From Octopus sinensis (Eukaryota): a stretch of DNA of 64,000 bases. The notes under the pieces are model-generated. The model was not told where the DNA came from. It did not search any database and was given only the letters and a program-made list of their open reading frames with translations. Of the stretch, positions 25,410 to 38,250 are shown piece after piece (within the stretch, counting starts at the first letter, position 1; each line of letters begins with the position of its first letter). Location of the stretch: NCBI RefSeq assembly GCF_006345805.1, contig NC_043005.1, forward strand, positions 85,188,001-85,252,000, given 5' to 3'. Made by a program: the position numbers and the translations under genes.

Positions 25410-27136
25410 AATTTGATTCAATGAAATAATTTCCATTATTATTAATGACCTTTGCCTTCAGGCAATTTAAATATTCCATCAGCATAAAATTTGACTGATT
25501 TTGAAGGAAAAAAGTAATCTCGATGCATTTTGATGCAATGAGTTCTGAAGAGACAAAAACAAGTGGTAGTCGGATGGTGCAATATCAGGAGAATATGGTG
25601 GAAGGGGTAAGAGATCCCAGCCAATTTCATGTAACTTTGTCTGGGTAGCCAAAGACACATGTTGTCAAGTATTTTCTTGTTGGAACACTACACCTTTCTT
25701 GTTGGCAATCTTCGACCTCAATTCTTTAACTTTTTGGTTCAAATTAGCCAGCTGACAACAGTACACACCAGAATTAATGGTCTGGTTTTGTGGGAGAAGC
25801 TCATAATAAATAATGCCTTTATGATCCCACCAAACTCAAAGCATAGCTTTTGTGGCATGGATATTCATCTTTGGTTGCTGTTTTGGGTGTTCATTACACA
25901 AACTCCAGGATCTTTTTCACGCTATGTTTTCATTTACGATTTATTTTTCATCTTTAGTCACAAGTTGTTTCAAAAAAGGCATACTTTCATTCCATTCCAA
26001 AAGTATATCCCAAACGGAATACTGGTCCAAGCAATTCTTTTCTGAGAGTTTGTGAGGAACCCATACATTATAGTGAGAAATGTATCCTAGCTTCACTAGG
26101 TGTTCACGTGCCATACCTTTAGAAACTTCCAACTCCTCTGCAAGTTCTCTAGTCATGATATTTGAATTTTCTTTGATTTTTGCCTCAAAACATCTTCATC
26201 AAATTTTGAAGGTCTTCCACTGTGACTGCCATTTTTCAAGCTAAATTCTCCAGTTTAGAATTTTTCCAACCACCTTTGAACCATTGATTCACCTACAGCA
26301 TCATCATCACCATAAACCTCTCAAATGCTTTTGCAAGTCTTTGCAGCATTTTCTCCTTTAAGAAAAGACTTACAACGCGAACATGAAATTTTTGGTTGTC
26401 TATTTTGAATGTCAATAAAAAACGTAACCAGAATGAAAGATAAATCTGTTTATAATCAGGAACAAAGATGAGATGCACTACCATTTCAAATAATGCCAAA
26501 GGTTTAACTACGAGGGTAAATCAAAAATTAATGCCATTTTGTTTAGGACAGGTATAATTACCAACACAAGAACATGTATGATACACCAAAATGAAGTTTA
26601 TTATGAGTTTATTGTTTTTCCTTTTGACAAGAAGTCGACCAGAATGATACCTTGAGCATCCCAAAAGACATGATTTTTTCCACCTGACTTTGTGTCTTGA
26701 ATATTTTCGGTGGTGATGATGTAGAGTGGTGCCATTCCATTGACTGCCTCTTTGATTCCAGTTCATAATGATGAAATTATGTTTCATCACCTGTTATGAG
26801 ACTTCGAAAGGTGTTGTCTCTTTCACTTTGTAGTGAAGAAGTGGCTCAAAGAACAGTCAACACAATTTTACAGAGCAGGGATACATGCTCTCATTCGAAG
26901 GTGGAATATTGCTATTGAGAGAGATAGTTACTATGTTAAGAAGTAGGAATGTGACCCACAGAGTACCAGCTTCATTTTGATGTATGAAACATGTTCCTGT
27001 GTTGGTAATTATACCTGTCCTAAACAAAATGGCATTAAGTTTTGAATCATCCTTGTATTTTACTTTTCAGGTGCGTTCAATGAAGTGTTAAAACATTTAG
27101 CTTAAAATGCTCAGAACTTTCCGGACAACCTAATAT
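25410..27136 (-). mobile_element. Degraded mariner transposon with a nested MITE
   Basis: WVPHKLSEKN, LVTKDEK, PPYSPDIAPSDYHLF, FYADGIFKLPE on the - strand; TIR-like ttaggttgtccggaaagttc at about 27116-27136. Confidence 0.85.
26511..27055. mobile_element. Mariner-derived MITE with inverted ends of about 85 bp
   Basis: cgagggtaaatcaaaaattaatgccattttgtttaggacaggtataattaccaacac... and its reverse complement at 26970-27055; TA flanks; transposase fragments in both orientations. Confidence 0.85.
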
Positions 27137-27154
27137 ATGAATAAATAATTCTAT

Positions 27155-27548
27155 AGCTAAGAAGCTGGCTGTCAAACCATATGATACTGGGTTCCATTCC
27201 CCTACGTCATACCTTGAGCAGGTGTCATACTACAGCCCCAGATCAGACAAAGCCTTGTGCATGGATTCGGGAGATGGAGACTGAAAGAAGCCTGTCGTGT
27301 GTGCATGTATGTGTTTCCTTTATTGATGTAACATGATAGTTGTAAACGAGTGTCACTGTCAAAAAGAGCTGTGCCATTTATTTCCAATGCTCTGCAAAAA
27401 CATGTCTGGCCATGAGGAAATATTAACTCCTTTGGAAACAGGTGAAGGTTGGTGACAGGAAGAGCATCCCCCATAGGAAATTTGAATCAATAAATTCTAT
27501 GCAAGAATAGAAAAGTGGATTTTAAATGATGATGATGATGATGATGAT
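27155..27548 (+). mobile_element. SINE with a family-A head and an RTE-like tail; also 32160-32912(+, interrupted) and 57721-58155(-)
   Basis: The same tRNA/CORE-like head, but the 3' end reads ggttggtgacaggaagagcatcc...gaaaagtggat.ttaaat(gat)n, matching the RTE 3' end. Confidence 0.7.
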
Positions 27549-27611
27549 TATGTGTATATGGATACATGTGCACACACATCTCCCATCTCCCTCTCTCTCT
27601 CTCTCTCTCTA

Positions 27612-27652
<41 letters not shown>

Positions 27653-28116
27653 ATGTATATATACACACATTGTTGCCGTGTAACCTTTGTCGGATGCACC
27701 ATGCAATAATTATTCAGCTTGGTGATTATTACACAGGTCTTTATTAAGTAAAATAATTACTCAATTAAATATTTAATTAATTGATTATTTTGCTATTAGT
27801 ATCAAAAGTGTTTTGGTCACACTTCTGTGACCTTCCTACACATCTCTAACGCATCTGTCTGTGACAAAAGACTTTGAAAGAGATAACAAACTAATTAATT
27901 AATTCAATAATAACGAAGTAGTGAGTAGCTACAATCAGTGTTTTTTGATTGGTAGAAATAATGGTTTTCACAATACAACGATATCTCTTTTGTAACGATA
28001 CACTGTTTGAGATAAAGCAATCTTGATAGTTTATATAAGGTCATGTGAGTATTTGTGTGTCTGTGCTGCAGGGTGGTGTATCTGTGTGCATGTATGTGTC
28101 TGTACATGTGTGTGTG

Positions 28117-28156
<40 letters not shown>

Positions 28157-28359
28157 GTTGGAATTTAGAAAAAAGCAAACAAAACAAAAGGCCAAGATGG
28201 CTGTATTAGTTTAACGCTTGAGAAGTGAGAAAGTCTTTTACATTTCGAACCTAGTCTCTTCAGCAGAAAGAAACACAGAAATAAACAGAGAGAGAAAATA
28301 TAAAAAATGTTTAGTGTCTAGTGATCAATCATGGCAGATAATATGTATGTGTATACATA

Positions 28360-28482
28360 GGTGCAGGAGTGGCTGTGTGGTAAGTAGCTTGCTTACCAAC
28401 CACATGGTTCCAGGTTCAGTCTCACTGTGTGGCACTTTGGGCAAGCACCTTCTACTATAGCCATGGGCTAACAAAGCCTGTC

Positions 28483-28522
<40 letters not shown>

Positions 28523-28735
28523 ACGTGCGCGTTTGTGTATATGTGTGTGTGTCTGTGTTTGCCCCCCATCATCACTTTATAACCGATGTTGCTGTGTTTA
28601 TGTCCCTGTAACTTAGTAGTTCAGCTAAAAGGACTGATAGAATAAGTACAGACTTACAAAGAATAAGTCCTGGGGTCTATTTGTTCAACTAAAAGCAGTG
28701 CTCCAGCATGGCCTCGGTCAAATGAATAAAAGAAA
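28360..28735 (+). mobile_element. SINE family A
   Basis: gcaggagtggctgtgtggtaag...ggttcagtc...gtgctccagcatggcc tail. Confidence 0.8.
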
Positions 28736-29136
28736 GAAGATATATATTTACATCTATCTATCTATATTTATATATATGTATATATGTGTATATATATAAA
28801 TATATATAAGTATGTATTTATAAATATATATATATGTATATATATATATGTATTTATATATATATATATATATACATATATATGTATATATATGTATATA
28901 CATGTATACATACATACACATATATCGGTGGCACATTAAATGCACCCACTACACTCATGGAGTGGTTGGCGTTAGGAAGGGCATCCAGCTGTAGAAACAC
29001 TGCCAGATCAGACTGGAGCCTGGTGCAGCCGCCTGGCTTCCCAGACCCCGGTCGAACCGTCCAACCCGTGCTAGCATGGAAAACAGATGTTAAACGATGA
29101 TGATGATGATGATATATATATATATATATATATATA

Positions 29137-30270
29137 CTAGCTGGTGTACCCAGTAATTACCGGGGATAAAGATGTTCTATTGAAACACCTTATTACTCTG
29201 ATATAAGAAAGCAATTTCATTATAACTGCCATAAAAGTATACAAAAACTGTCAGCTGGAGGAGGGAGAGATTGTTGTAGGCTGGTGAGAGAGATTGTCAG
29301 AGTTTGGCAATAGAGGTTCCTGGAGGTTAGCCAGAGAGGTTGTCAGAGTTTGAGTAGAGAAGTTGTTGGAGGTTGCTTAGAGAAGTTTTTGGAGGTTGGT
29401 GAGAGGGGTTGCCATTCACAGAAAAACTGTTGTTTTTCCATGAGAAAAGCAATGTTGAAGCGTTAAGTGAAATTTGGGAATCAAGGATCGTATCCACGCT
29501 ATGCCTGCATGAAGCAACTACAAATACGTTGTGGAAAAATAATTTATCTACTCCCATGGAGAGAGTATAACTGTAAAACTGCACAATTATTGGAGTAATG
29601 GGCATTCAGAAAAGGATGTGTATATAAAAATGTATGAATGAAGAGATTCAAATTAAGGAAGTGCAATAATAATGTTTAGCAGTTCGAAACTGTGAGTAGT
29701 GAAATGCAGAATTAGGTCGGCTGATCATGAGAAACATATATTGATCACATCGCTAAAAACTGCAGGTGGTGTGGGTTATTTCCCTTGGGTTGCTTAAATA
29801 AAGTATTAGTTATATGAAGTAGATAGGAGGATACATTGGATGGGCCCTATTATCGATTCTTTTCAACAATCTAAGTGTGTCACGAGCTTTCCAAACATGA
29901 GTTCTACTCACGTGTCAAATAAAGTAAGAAAGTGATATTGTCTGCAAAAATTAGAAATTGGACACAAAAAAATCAATATTTAAAGTAATCAAAAGTAAGC
30001 AATGGAATGGGTTATTTCCTTTGAGTGTTTAAAAAAATATTGTGCAGTGGTATGGGTTTTTTTCCCTTGGGAATGTTAAAAAATAGTTATATGAGGTAGA
30101 TATAAAGGTTTCTTCCAGGGGCCGTATTATCAATTTTTTCAACAATCTAAGTATGTCAAAAGGTTTCCAAACATGAGTTCTACTCACGTGTCAAGTTTCA
30201 TCAAAATCAATAAAACGATGTAGGAAGAGTTAGATAACATTGCCACAAACAAACACACACCGATTTTCCA
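29137..30270 (-). mobile_element. Non-autonomous Helitron, 5' end uncertain
   Basis: CTAG at 29137 next to (TA)n, hairpin cccagtaattaccggg, internal diverged duplication (29770-29920 vs 30045-30195), and gtgtcaagtttcatca.aatc shared with 58540-58560. Confidence 0.7.
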
Positions 30271-30827
30271 CAGTTATTTGCAGACACAGTTCCTCAAAGA
30301 GTGGGTGTATGTCTTAGTTACATAATAAGTGCTTAATGAAATGTCTATATTTTCTTAAAGTCTCTGATTAAAAACTTTAGCATACTTCAGTGCTGCACTG
30401 ATGTATTTTACAACCATTGATGATATAATAGCAAGCATTTTCTTTTAATAAAGAAATACAACCTGATAATTTACATGCACTTCTCTTTCTGATTCTTTGA
30501 AGAGAAAACGCATGATCTTGATATCTTTGATATCCTATATTGCACATGCCTTATTATTGATATTTCCTCTATGTGGTATTCATTTATTCTTTTATTTGTT
30601 TCAGTCATTTCCCTGCGACCATGCTGGAGCACCACCTTTAGTCAAACAAATCGACTCCAGAACTTATTCTTTGTAAGCCTAGTACTTATGTCAAACTGCT
30701 GAGTTATGGAAATGTAAACACACCAACATTGGTTGTTAAGTGATGGTGGGGGGACAAACGCAGAAACACAAACAAACAAAAACACACACACACACACAGT
30801 TTCCATCTACCAAATCCACTCACAAGG

Positions 30828-30869
<42 letters not shown>

Positions 30870-31034
30870 TATACACAGGAACTCACAAGGACAAGTATGT
30901 GTAAGAGCAAGGGTATAAGCACGTGCATGCCTTTATAACCTGGAGGGCAATATTATTGCCTACTTTTATTCATTATCCCTCTTTTCTTAACCCTGTTGTA
31001 GTTTGCCCACTTGTAAAAACCAGAGGCTGATGTC

Positions 31035-31432
31035 TTTTACTCTTTTACCTGTTTCAGTCATTTGACTTTGGTCATGCTGGAGCACAGCCTTTAGTTGAGC
31101 AAATCGACCCCAGGACTTATTCTTTGTAAGCCTAGTACTTATTCTATCGGTATCTTTTGTCTAACTGCTGGGTTACAGGGACATAAACACACCAGCATCG
31201 GTTGTCAAGCGATGTTGGGGGAACAAATACAGACACACAAACTTATACACACACATACATATATATATACATATATACAACAGGTTTCTTTTAGTTTCCA
31301 TCTACCAAATCCACTCACAAGGCTTTGGTCAGCCTGAGGCTATAGTAGAAGACACTTGCCTAAGGTGCCACACAGTGGGAATGAACCTGGAACCATGTGG
31401 TTGGGAAGCAAGCTACTTACCAGACAGCCATG
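31035..31432 (-). mobile_element. SINE family A, full length
   Basis: Head, body and stem-loop tail all present. Confidence 0.85.
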
Positions 31433-31484
31433 AAATGTCTGGAATCATGGACAGAATGGAAAAAAAACATATATATGTATATGT

Positions 31485-31540
<56 letters not shown>

Positions 31541-32312
31541 ATATTAGATGTAATATACATGTATATATATATATCTATTAGATGACCACACATAATTTAG
31601 ATTGAAAGCATAGCAATGGTTAGTTGAAGATCTGGAGTGACACAAAAGGAATTAAGAGGAATGGGGAGGAGACCGATTCAAAATGACAGACGATATTTTG
31701 CACCCAACAAGCAATTAAAACATGGCTATCAGCTTTTTGTGTTGTATGTATCAATTCTACTTTCTGATTCAAGATGCTTACCCAATGTATCATGTTTGTC
31801 GTTTATAAAGTTTTGCCATCAAAACTGACACCAGTTTCATAAATATTTTATTAGGAAGCGAAATAGCCTGCTTTCTAAACTAATAGCTTCATCCGTTGTG
31901 GTTTTATTACTTATAAATAAGAAGTAATTCTTTGAAAGATTTGATATATTATGACTTATTATATTTATGGTGCTGCTTTATGTGATGGTTATATTAGTTG
32001 CCATCTGATCTGCAGAATTGGGAAGTCAGGACTTATCTTAACAAAATTAGAATCCAGAGAACCAATATATATATATATACTATATAATATTGGTTGGCTG
32101 ACCATGTGGTTAGATGGTAGGAAATGGTTACTGACAATGGTTTTATGAAGCGTATAGGGCACAGGTGTGAGCTGTGTGGTAAGGAGTTTCCTTCCCAAAT
32201 ACTTGACTCTGAGTTCAGTCTTATAGTATGGCTCCTTGTCAAATATCTTTTACTGTAGACCCAGGCTGGCCAAAGACCTGTGAGTGGATTTGATGGGTGG
32301 AAAGTGAAAGAA

Positions 32313-32415
32313 GTTCATCATCATCATCACCATCATCACCATCATCATCACCATCATCACTATCACCATCATCATCACCATCATTGTCATCACCATCATC
32401 GTCATCACCACCAGC

Positions 32416-32446
<31 letters not shown>

Positions 32447-32478
32447 CCACAACCACCACCGCCACCACCACCACCACC

Positions 32479-32512
<34 letters not shown>

Positions 32513-32520
32513 TCATCATT
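32313..32520. repeat. (CAT)n/(CAC)n microsatellite; others at 42227-42580 (CAT) and 43870-44200 (GAT)
   Basis: Directly visible; adjoins an RTE 3' end. Confidence 0.95.
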
Positions 32521-32914
32521 TAATGTCTGTTTTTGATGCTGGCATAAGTTGGACAGTTCAACAGGAGCTGGGGAGCTGGCATGGTCAGAGACCTGCACTA
32601 GGCTCCAGTTGTCTGTCTTGACATGGTTCCTGTCACTGGATGACCAGAGCGTACTGGGTGCTTTATATGTGGTGCGGACACAGACATGTGCATGTGTGTT
32701 GCTGTCTCCTTGTCTTGACATCACTTGATAAATATAAGAGGATGCCACCATCAAGCAATATCCTTCTTTCCAATCTTCCAAGGCATGTCTGGTCATCTTA
32801 CTTGAGAACAGGCAAGGGTCGATGACAGGGAAGGCATCCCATCTGGCTGTAGAAGTATCTGCCTCAACAAATTGTGTCCAGTTCATGCGAGCATGGAAAA
32901 GTGGACATTAAAAC

Positions 32915-33280
32915 GGCTTTGCGTCCCCAAAGTCTATCCCCTCCTCACTGTGGTGGGGACGCCGGCAACGGGTAGTGTCAGAGCTATGCCGTCGGGAATT
33001 TCGGTTCCTAGTAGGGCCACCCAAGGTGGATTGGTCTGACACCGAATGGTATTAGGGTCTGGTGAAAATCCTCGGAGTGTCTGCTTCGGCAACCGGTGGC
33101 TCCTCGGTCGTTCTGTCCCTGCATTTGCGGACAATCTGCGGCAAACAGGATGTCTCCACATGCAGGATTGTTGGGGACTGCTTGTGAAATCCACATATTC
33201 CCACGAAACTTCTTCCAAGAGTAGAAGAAGCCGACTCAACCCGCCCAGGGTGAATGTCACCACAAGTACAAGTAGGTAGT
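32915..33280 (+). mobile_element. Probable isolated 5' UTR of an RTE-type LINE
   Basis: GC/CpG-rich island containing gagctatgccg...tagggccacccaagg.gga..ggtc, which resembles, from recall, the 5' UTR motif of BovB/RTE elements. Confidence 0.6.
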
Positions 33281-34286
33281 AAAATGGCTACAATGATAAA
33301 TGATACCTATAACACCAAACACTTTTCACATCCACAGCAACTTTATTATAGGTAGTCATTGAAACATTCACTAATTTTATAGGGTGACTAACGATTATAG
33401 CAGGAACTATTTATGACCAAAGCTGCAATGCTTTTTTAAAAGCTTTGTCCCTTTTCCATTGAAATCACAAAACTTTAATCAAATGATGTATTTTACCAAT
33501 CTTTATATGACCTGTAGAATCTTCCCAAATGGATCTCTAATGCTCGCATTAGTGTGCCACAGTATTATCATTCATCGTTAAAGCTGTTTAATAGGTTTGT
33601 ATGGTACCCTTAGAGTATATATTATTTTCCCCTCTTTTCTGTCACCTGCACGTAAATCTTCATTATTGTGCATTATTATAAAAGATACATAAATGGAACG
33701 AAATTGTGTGGAATATACAAAGGTTACAAAGAAACTCTATTAGGCTTATTGTAGTTGTTTTATTACCTGAAGAATTTACATTGATGCAGTGAAGTTTTAA
33801 TTGGAATAACCAAATAAAGGAGACTTAATAGAATATAACAAATGCCAGGACCAAACTATATAACGGAACCCAAACAAAGAAGAAAATTTATTTTTTTTAA
33901 ATTGATAAAACACAGGCATTTGGTGATACAACAATGCATGGAATTGAAGTAGGAGATATGTAAGTGTGTATAATGGCTTCCTTATATTACTCTCTTTTAG
34001 ATTGGTTGGTAGAGAGAAAGGCAGTGAGTGCAGCACAATAAACTGCTGTATTTCAATGTTTGTAGTCCATTGGTTGATTGTAAATATTGGTTTCAAAGGA
34101 GGAATAAATTGATTACACCGACCCCCAGTGCTTGACTTCAAAACGATGAATGACAAAATCAACCTTGGTGGAATTTGAACTTAGAATGTAAAAATGAATG
34201 AAATAATGTTCAACATTCTGCCTGGCATGCTAACAATTCTACCAGCTTGCTGCCTAAATAACAATAACAATAATAATGATAATAAT

Positions 34287-34685
34287 GGAAACTGGACATA
34301 GTCTTAATTGAGAAAGAAAACAAACTATGCTGGATCATAGATATAGCATGCCCAGCTGACAACAAGTTATGCAATAAGGAAGAAAGAAAAGTCGAGAGAT
34401 ATTACAGGTTAGCTTGGGAGATTAAGCAGTTGTGGTCGATGAAAAAGGTAGTAGTAGTACCAATTATTGTCGAAGCCCTGGGAACAGTGAGCAGAAATCT
34501 TGAGAAGTACATGGAACAAATAGGGGCTGCAATAAGGGTGGAGCACTTGCAGAAAACAGCACTGCTTGGAACTGCTTGAATACTCCAGAAGGTGCTCAAA
34601 AAATAAGAGGTGTTACCTTAGTTCACTGGTAGTGAACAGCTGACACTGTAGTACATCTTCACAGCATTAGAAGCTGTGCAAAGGT
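34287..34685 (+). mobile_element. R4/Dong 3' fragment
   Basis: KLDIVLIEKENKLCWIIDIACPAD...VVPIIV..LG...LQKTALLGTA; (TAA)n on both sides. Confidence 0.8.
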
Positions 34686-34821
34686 AATAATAATAATTAT
34701 TATAATAATAATAATAATAAGAATAATAATAATAATAATAATAATAATAAAGATAATAATAATAATGATAATAATGGTAATAATGATAATAATAATAATA
34801 ATAATTATAATGATAATAATG

Positions 34822-34857
<36 letters not shown>

Positions 34858-35401
34858 TGCAGTACCAGGCAGTGGCTCTCATGGCTGCTAATCTTAACTG
34901 ATTGGAAATGTTATCATGTACATTGTTTTGTTTTGGTATAAAAGATGGCCTACAGCAAATATTCTGCTCAATACCACAGATTTACTTGTAAGTTGTTTGA
35001 CCTTAACCAGTTGAGCATGTCCCTTGGTGGCTGACGATATGTACATCTCTGATCACGAGCAGAAGTAGTGGGGGAGCATCATAGTCATGTGTTGAGAGGG
35101 ATTCTTTGGGGTTTGGATAATTCACCTTTGGAAACATGGGTGTTTCGTTCAACATCCTTAAACAACCCCTATTCAGGGACCTTTCGAGTGGGATGGGTTA
35201 CTCGACCTGAAGAAAATTCTAACTGGGCCCCAACTGCAAGGTCATGTGCTGTTTGTCTTGATATGAGATCACCATGTCACACACATAAGGTTGTGATGCA
35301 TGTGCCTGGTGTACCTGTATCAGACGGGTAGTCATGAGGGGTATACTGGGCTTCGTATATTTGTACCCCAGTGTCACTTTGATGGCATGCACTGCTTTCT
35401 C
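34858..35401. mobile_element. Unclassified 540-bp insertion within (TAA)n
   Basis: Complex, more GC-rich block bounded sharply by (TAA)n on both sides; no recognisable ORF, TIR or tRNA boxes. Confidence 0.5.
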
Positions 35402-35779
35402 TTAATAATAATAATAATAATAATAATGATGATAATAATAATAAAAATAGTAACAACAACAACAATAACAATAATATTTTTAATAATAATAATAATAATA
35501 ATGATGATAATAATAATAAAAATAGTAACAACAACAACAATAACAATAATATTTTTAATAATAATAATAATAATAATAAGAAGAAGAATGCTATCACTAC
35601 AACAACTACAATTACTAGTGTTATTACTAGATCTTCACATCTTTACTTTGTGTCCTCCTTAGACATCACAAACATACAAACATATTAGAACCTCACACAC
35701 AAGATTCTAATCAATCATACATATGCACACACACACACACACACAAACATTCACAGATACACACTCAAACACACAGACA

Positions 35780-36066
35780 TGCATGCTCAAACACACACAC
35801 TCAAACACACGCACACATTTGAAATGAGAAACCATTCCAAAGCTATCACACACACACACAGACACACATGCTCAAACACATATGCACACACACACACACA
35901 CTCAAACACACATTCAAACACACACACATTTGAATTGAAAAGCCATTCCAAAGTTATCACACATACACACGCACAGACACACATGCTCAAACATACACAC
36001 ACACATACAGATACACATGCTCAAACACACACACATTTGAATTGAGAAACCATTCTAAAGTTATCT

Positions 36067-36097
<31 letters not shown>

Positions 36098-36142
36098 ACA
36101 CTCAAACACACACACATTTGAACTGAGAAACCATTCCAAAGT
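35780..36142. repeat. Minisatellite, 4 units of about 80-110 bp
   Basis: acacatttgaa.tgagaaaccattccaaag at about 35814, 35923, 36031 and 36112, separated by CA-rich spacers. Confidence 0.85.
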
Positions 36143-36942
36143 CATTCTGCCACAGTGAAGCAGTAAATTACAATAGCATTTATTAAAACAAACATCACCG
36201 AGAACATGGTTTCCAAACTTTCAATGGAATATCTTCACCATTTTATCTAGCGATACCCAAACTACACATTATTTTAAACAAACATTATTACATACTTACA
36301 AACATATTTATATATATACATACATACATATACACATATATATGTGTAAGCATGTATGTATGTATATATGTATATATACACATGCATACATATATATGTG
36401 TGTATATGTGTGGTAGCATAAAGATATAGTATGTGACTTTAATCCCGAGGGTGCAAAAAATGTGTACCTGATGCTGTTTCGAGTTATTTAATGCAGTCTC
36501 TTTTAATGCACTATGTAAACTAATCTAGTTTCAAAAAGCGATACAAATATAAAGAAAAAAACAAAAAAGAAATTCCAAATATACTTAGAGAACACAGGAA
36601 CTTACAGTTTTAATAATAAGATAGAACGGAATAAAAGTTTGAATTTTCATATTTCTGATTTTTGCAAGATAAGAAAGAATTGGGAAGCTTTTTAGAAATA
36701 TTTCATTTTAGCTAAATTCTGTTTGTTTTTTACATCGTGCTTTTCTTCATCTATAAAGTTCCAGGACATAGAAAAATGGTCTGATTCTCTTTCTGTTTCT
36801 TTCCTTAGCTCTTTCTTATTCTCTGTCTCTTTTCCTCTCCATATATATATACACTCAATTATGCATGCATTTAAGTATACACACACATATAAACATGTAT
36901 TTACATATATATATATATGTGTGTGTGTGTGTGTATATAAAC

Positions 36943-36984
<42 letters not shown>

Positions 36985-37851
36985 GATATAGATATACACA
37001 CATACATATGTATATATACATACTTATATGTACATACATATGTACACATATATGTATGTATATATATATATGCATAAATATATATATATATATATATATT
37101 TATGCATATATATGCATATGTATATATATATAAATATATGTATGCATGTATATATGAATATATATATATGCATATGTATACATATGTGTATATATAAGTA
37201 TATATATATGTATGTATGTAAGTGTATATATATATATGTGTATATATATATATATATATATGTGTATATGTATGTGGATGTGTGTGTATACATGCATGCG
37301 TGTGTTGTAAACTAATAATTTTACTTTTCCGTATTTATTTTGTTCATCAGAGTCCTTAGTTGTTTTTTCTTACCCCATTATACTCCAGTATCCTCTTCAT
37401 CTTTCTTGTCGTCTTCATCCCAATCTCCTCCATTCTCTTCTCTCTTCTTCTTCTCCTTCTTTTTCTTCTTCTCCTCCTCCTCCTCCTCTTCCTCTTCCTA
37501 TTTACAGTTCATCTGTTGCCATTATTTTTCCTTCAGTCTTTGCCTTTATTTTCACATTTCTTCTTCCTTTTTATTCCAATCTCAATCACAATATTCATTC
37601 TGTTTCTCCGTAACATTTTTCTTTATCAATTCATACATCGAAGTTTAACTATCATAAACAAAACAGAGGATTCTAAACAAACTCCATTGAGCAGCTTATT
37701 TCTATTCCCAGTTGGAGCCACTTCATTTAACCTCACTTTACTAATTGATATCTGCAGGAAAATTACACATTAAAATCACCCGTTCAGACTCTAAGTACCC
37801 TAAATAAACTCCTCTAATCTCATGTCTCTATCAGAATTAATTTTATTTTTA

Positions 37852-38250
37852 AGGCAGTGAGCTGGCAGAAATATTTGCACGCTGAGCGAAATGCTTAGTA
37901 GTATTTTACCTGTCCTTACATTCTGAGTTCAAATTCCACCGGGGTCGACTTTGCCTTTCATCCTTTCAGGGTCGATAAATTAAGTACCAGTTATGCACTG
38001 GGGTCGATGTAATCGACTTAATCCGATTGTCTGTCCTATTTTGTCCCCTCTGTGTTTAGCCCCTTGTGGATAGTAAAGAAATAAGTATTTCGTTTGTCTT
38101 TATGTTCTGAGTTCAAATTCCACCAAGGTCAACTTTGCCTTTCATCCTTTCGGGGTCGATGAATTAAGTACCAGCTGTGTACTGAGGCCGATGTAATCGA
38201 CTGGCCCCCTCCTCACAAATTTCAGGCCTTGTGTCTAAAGTAGAAAAGAA
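37852..38250 (+). mobile_element. SINE family B, with a complete copy nested in or tandem with a second copy that has a different tail
   Basis: The body occurs twice (37890-38083 and 38084-38250). The second tail matches that of 7695-7910. Confidence 0.75.

Noticed and set aside
32934-33279. GC-rich ORFs as a gene or CpG-island promoter
   Set aside because: No recognisable protein motif; the sequence is better explained as a retrotransposon 5' UTR.
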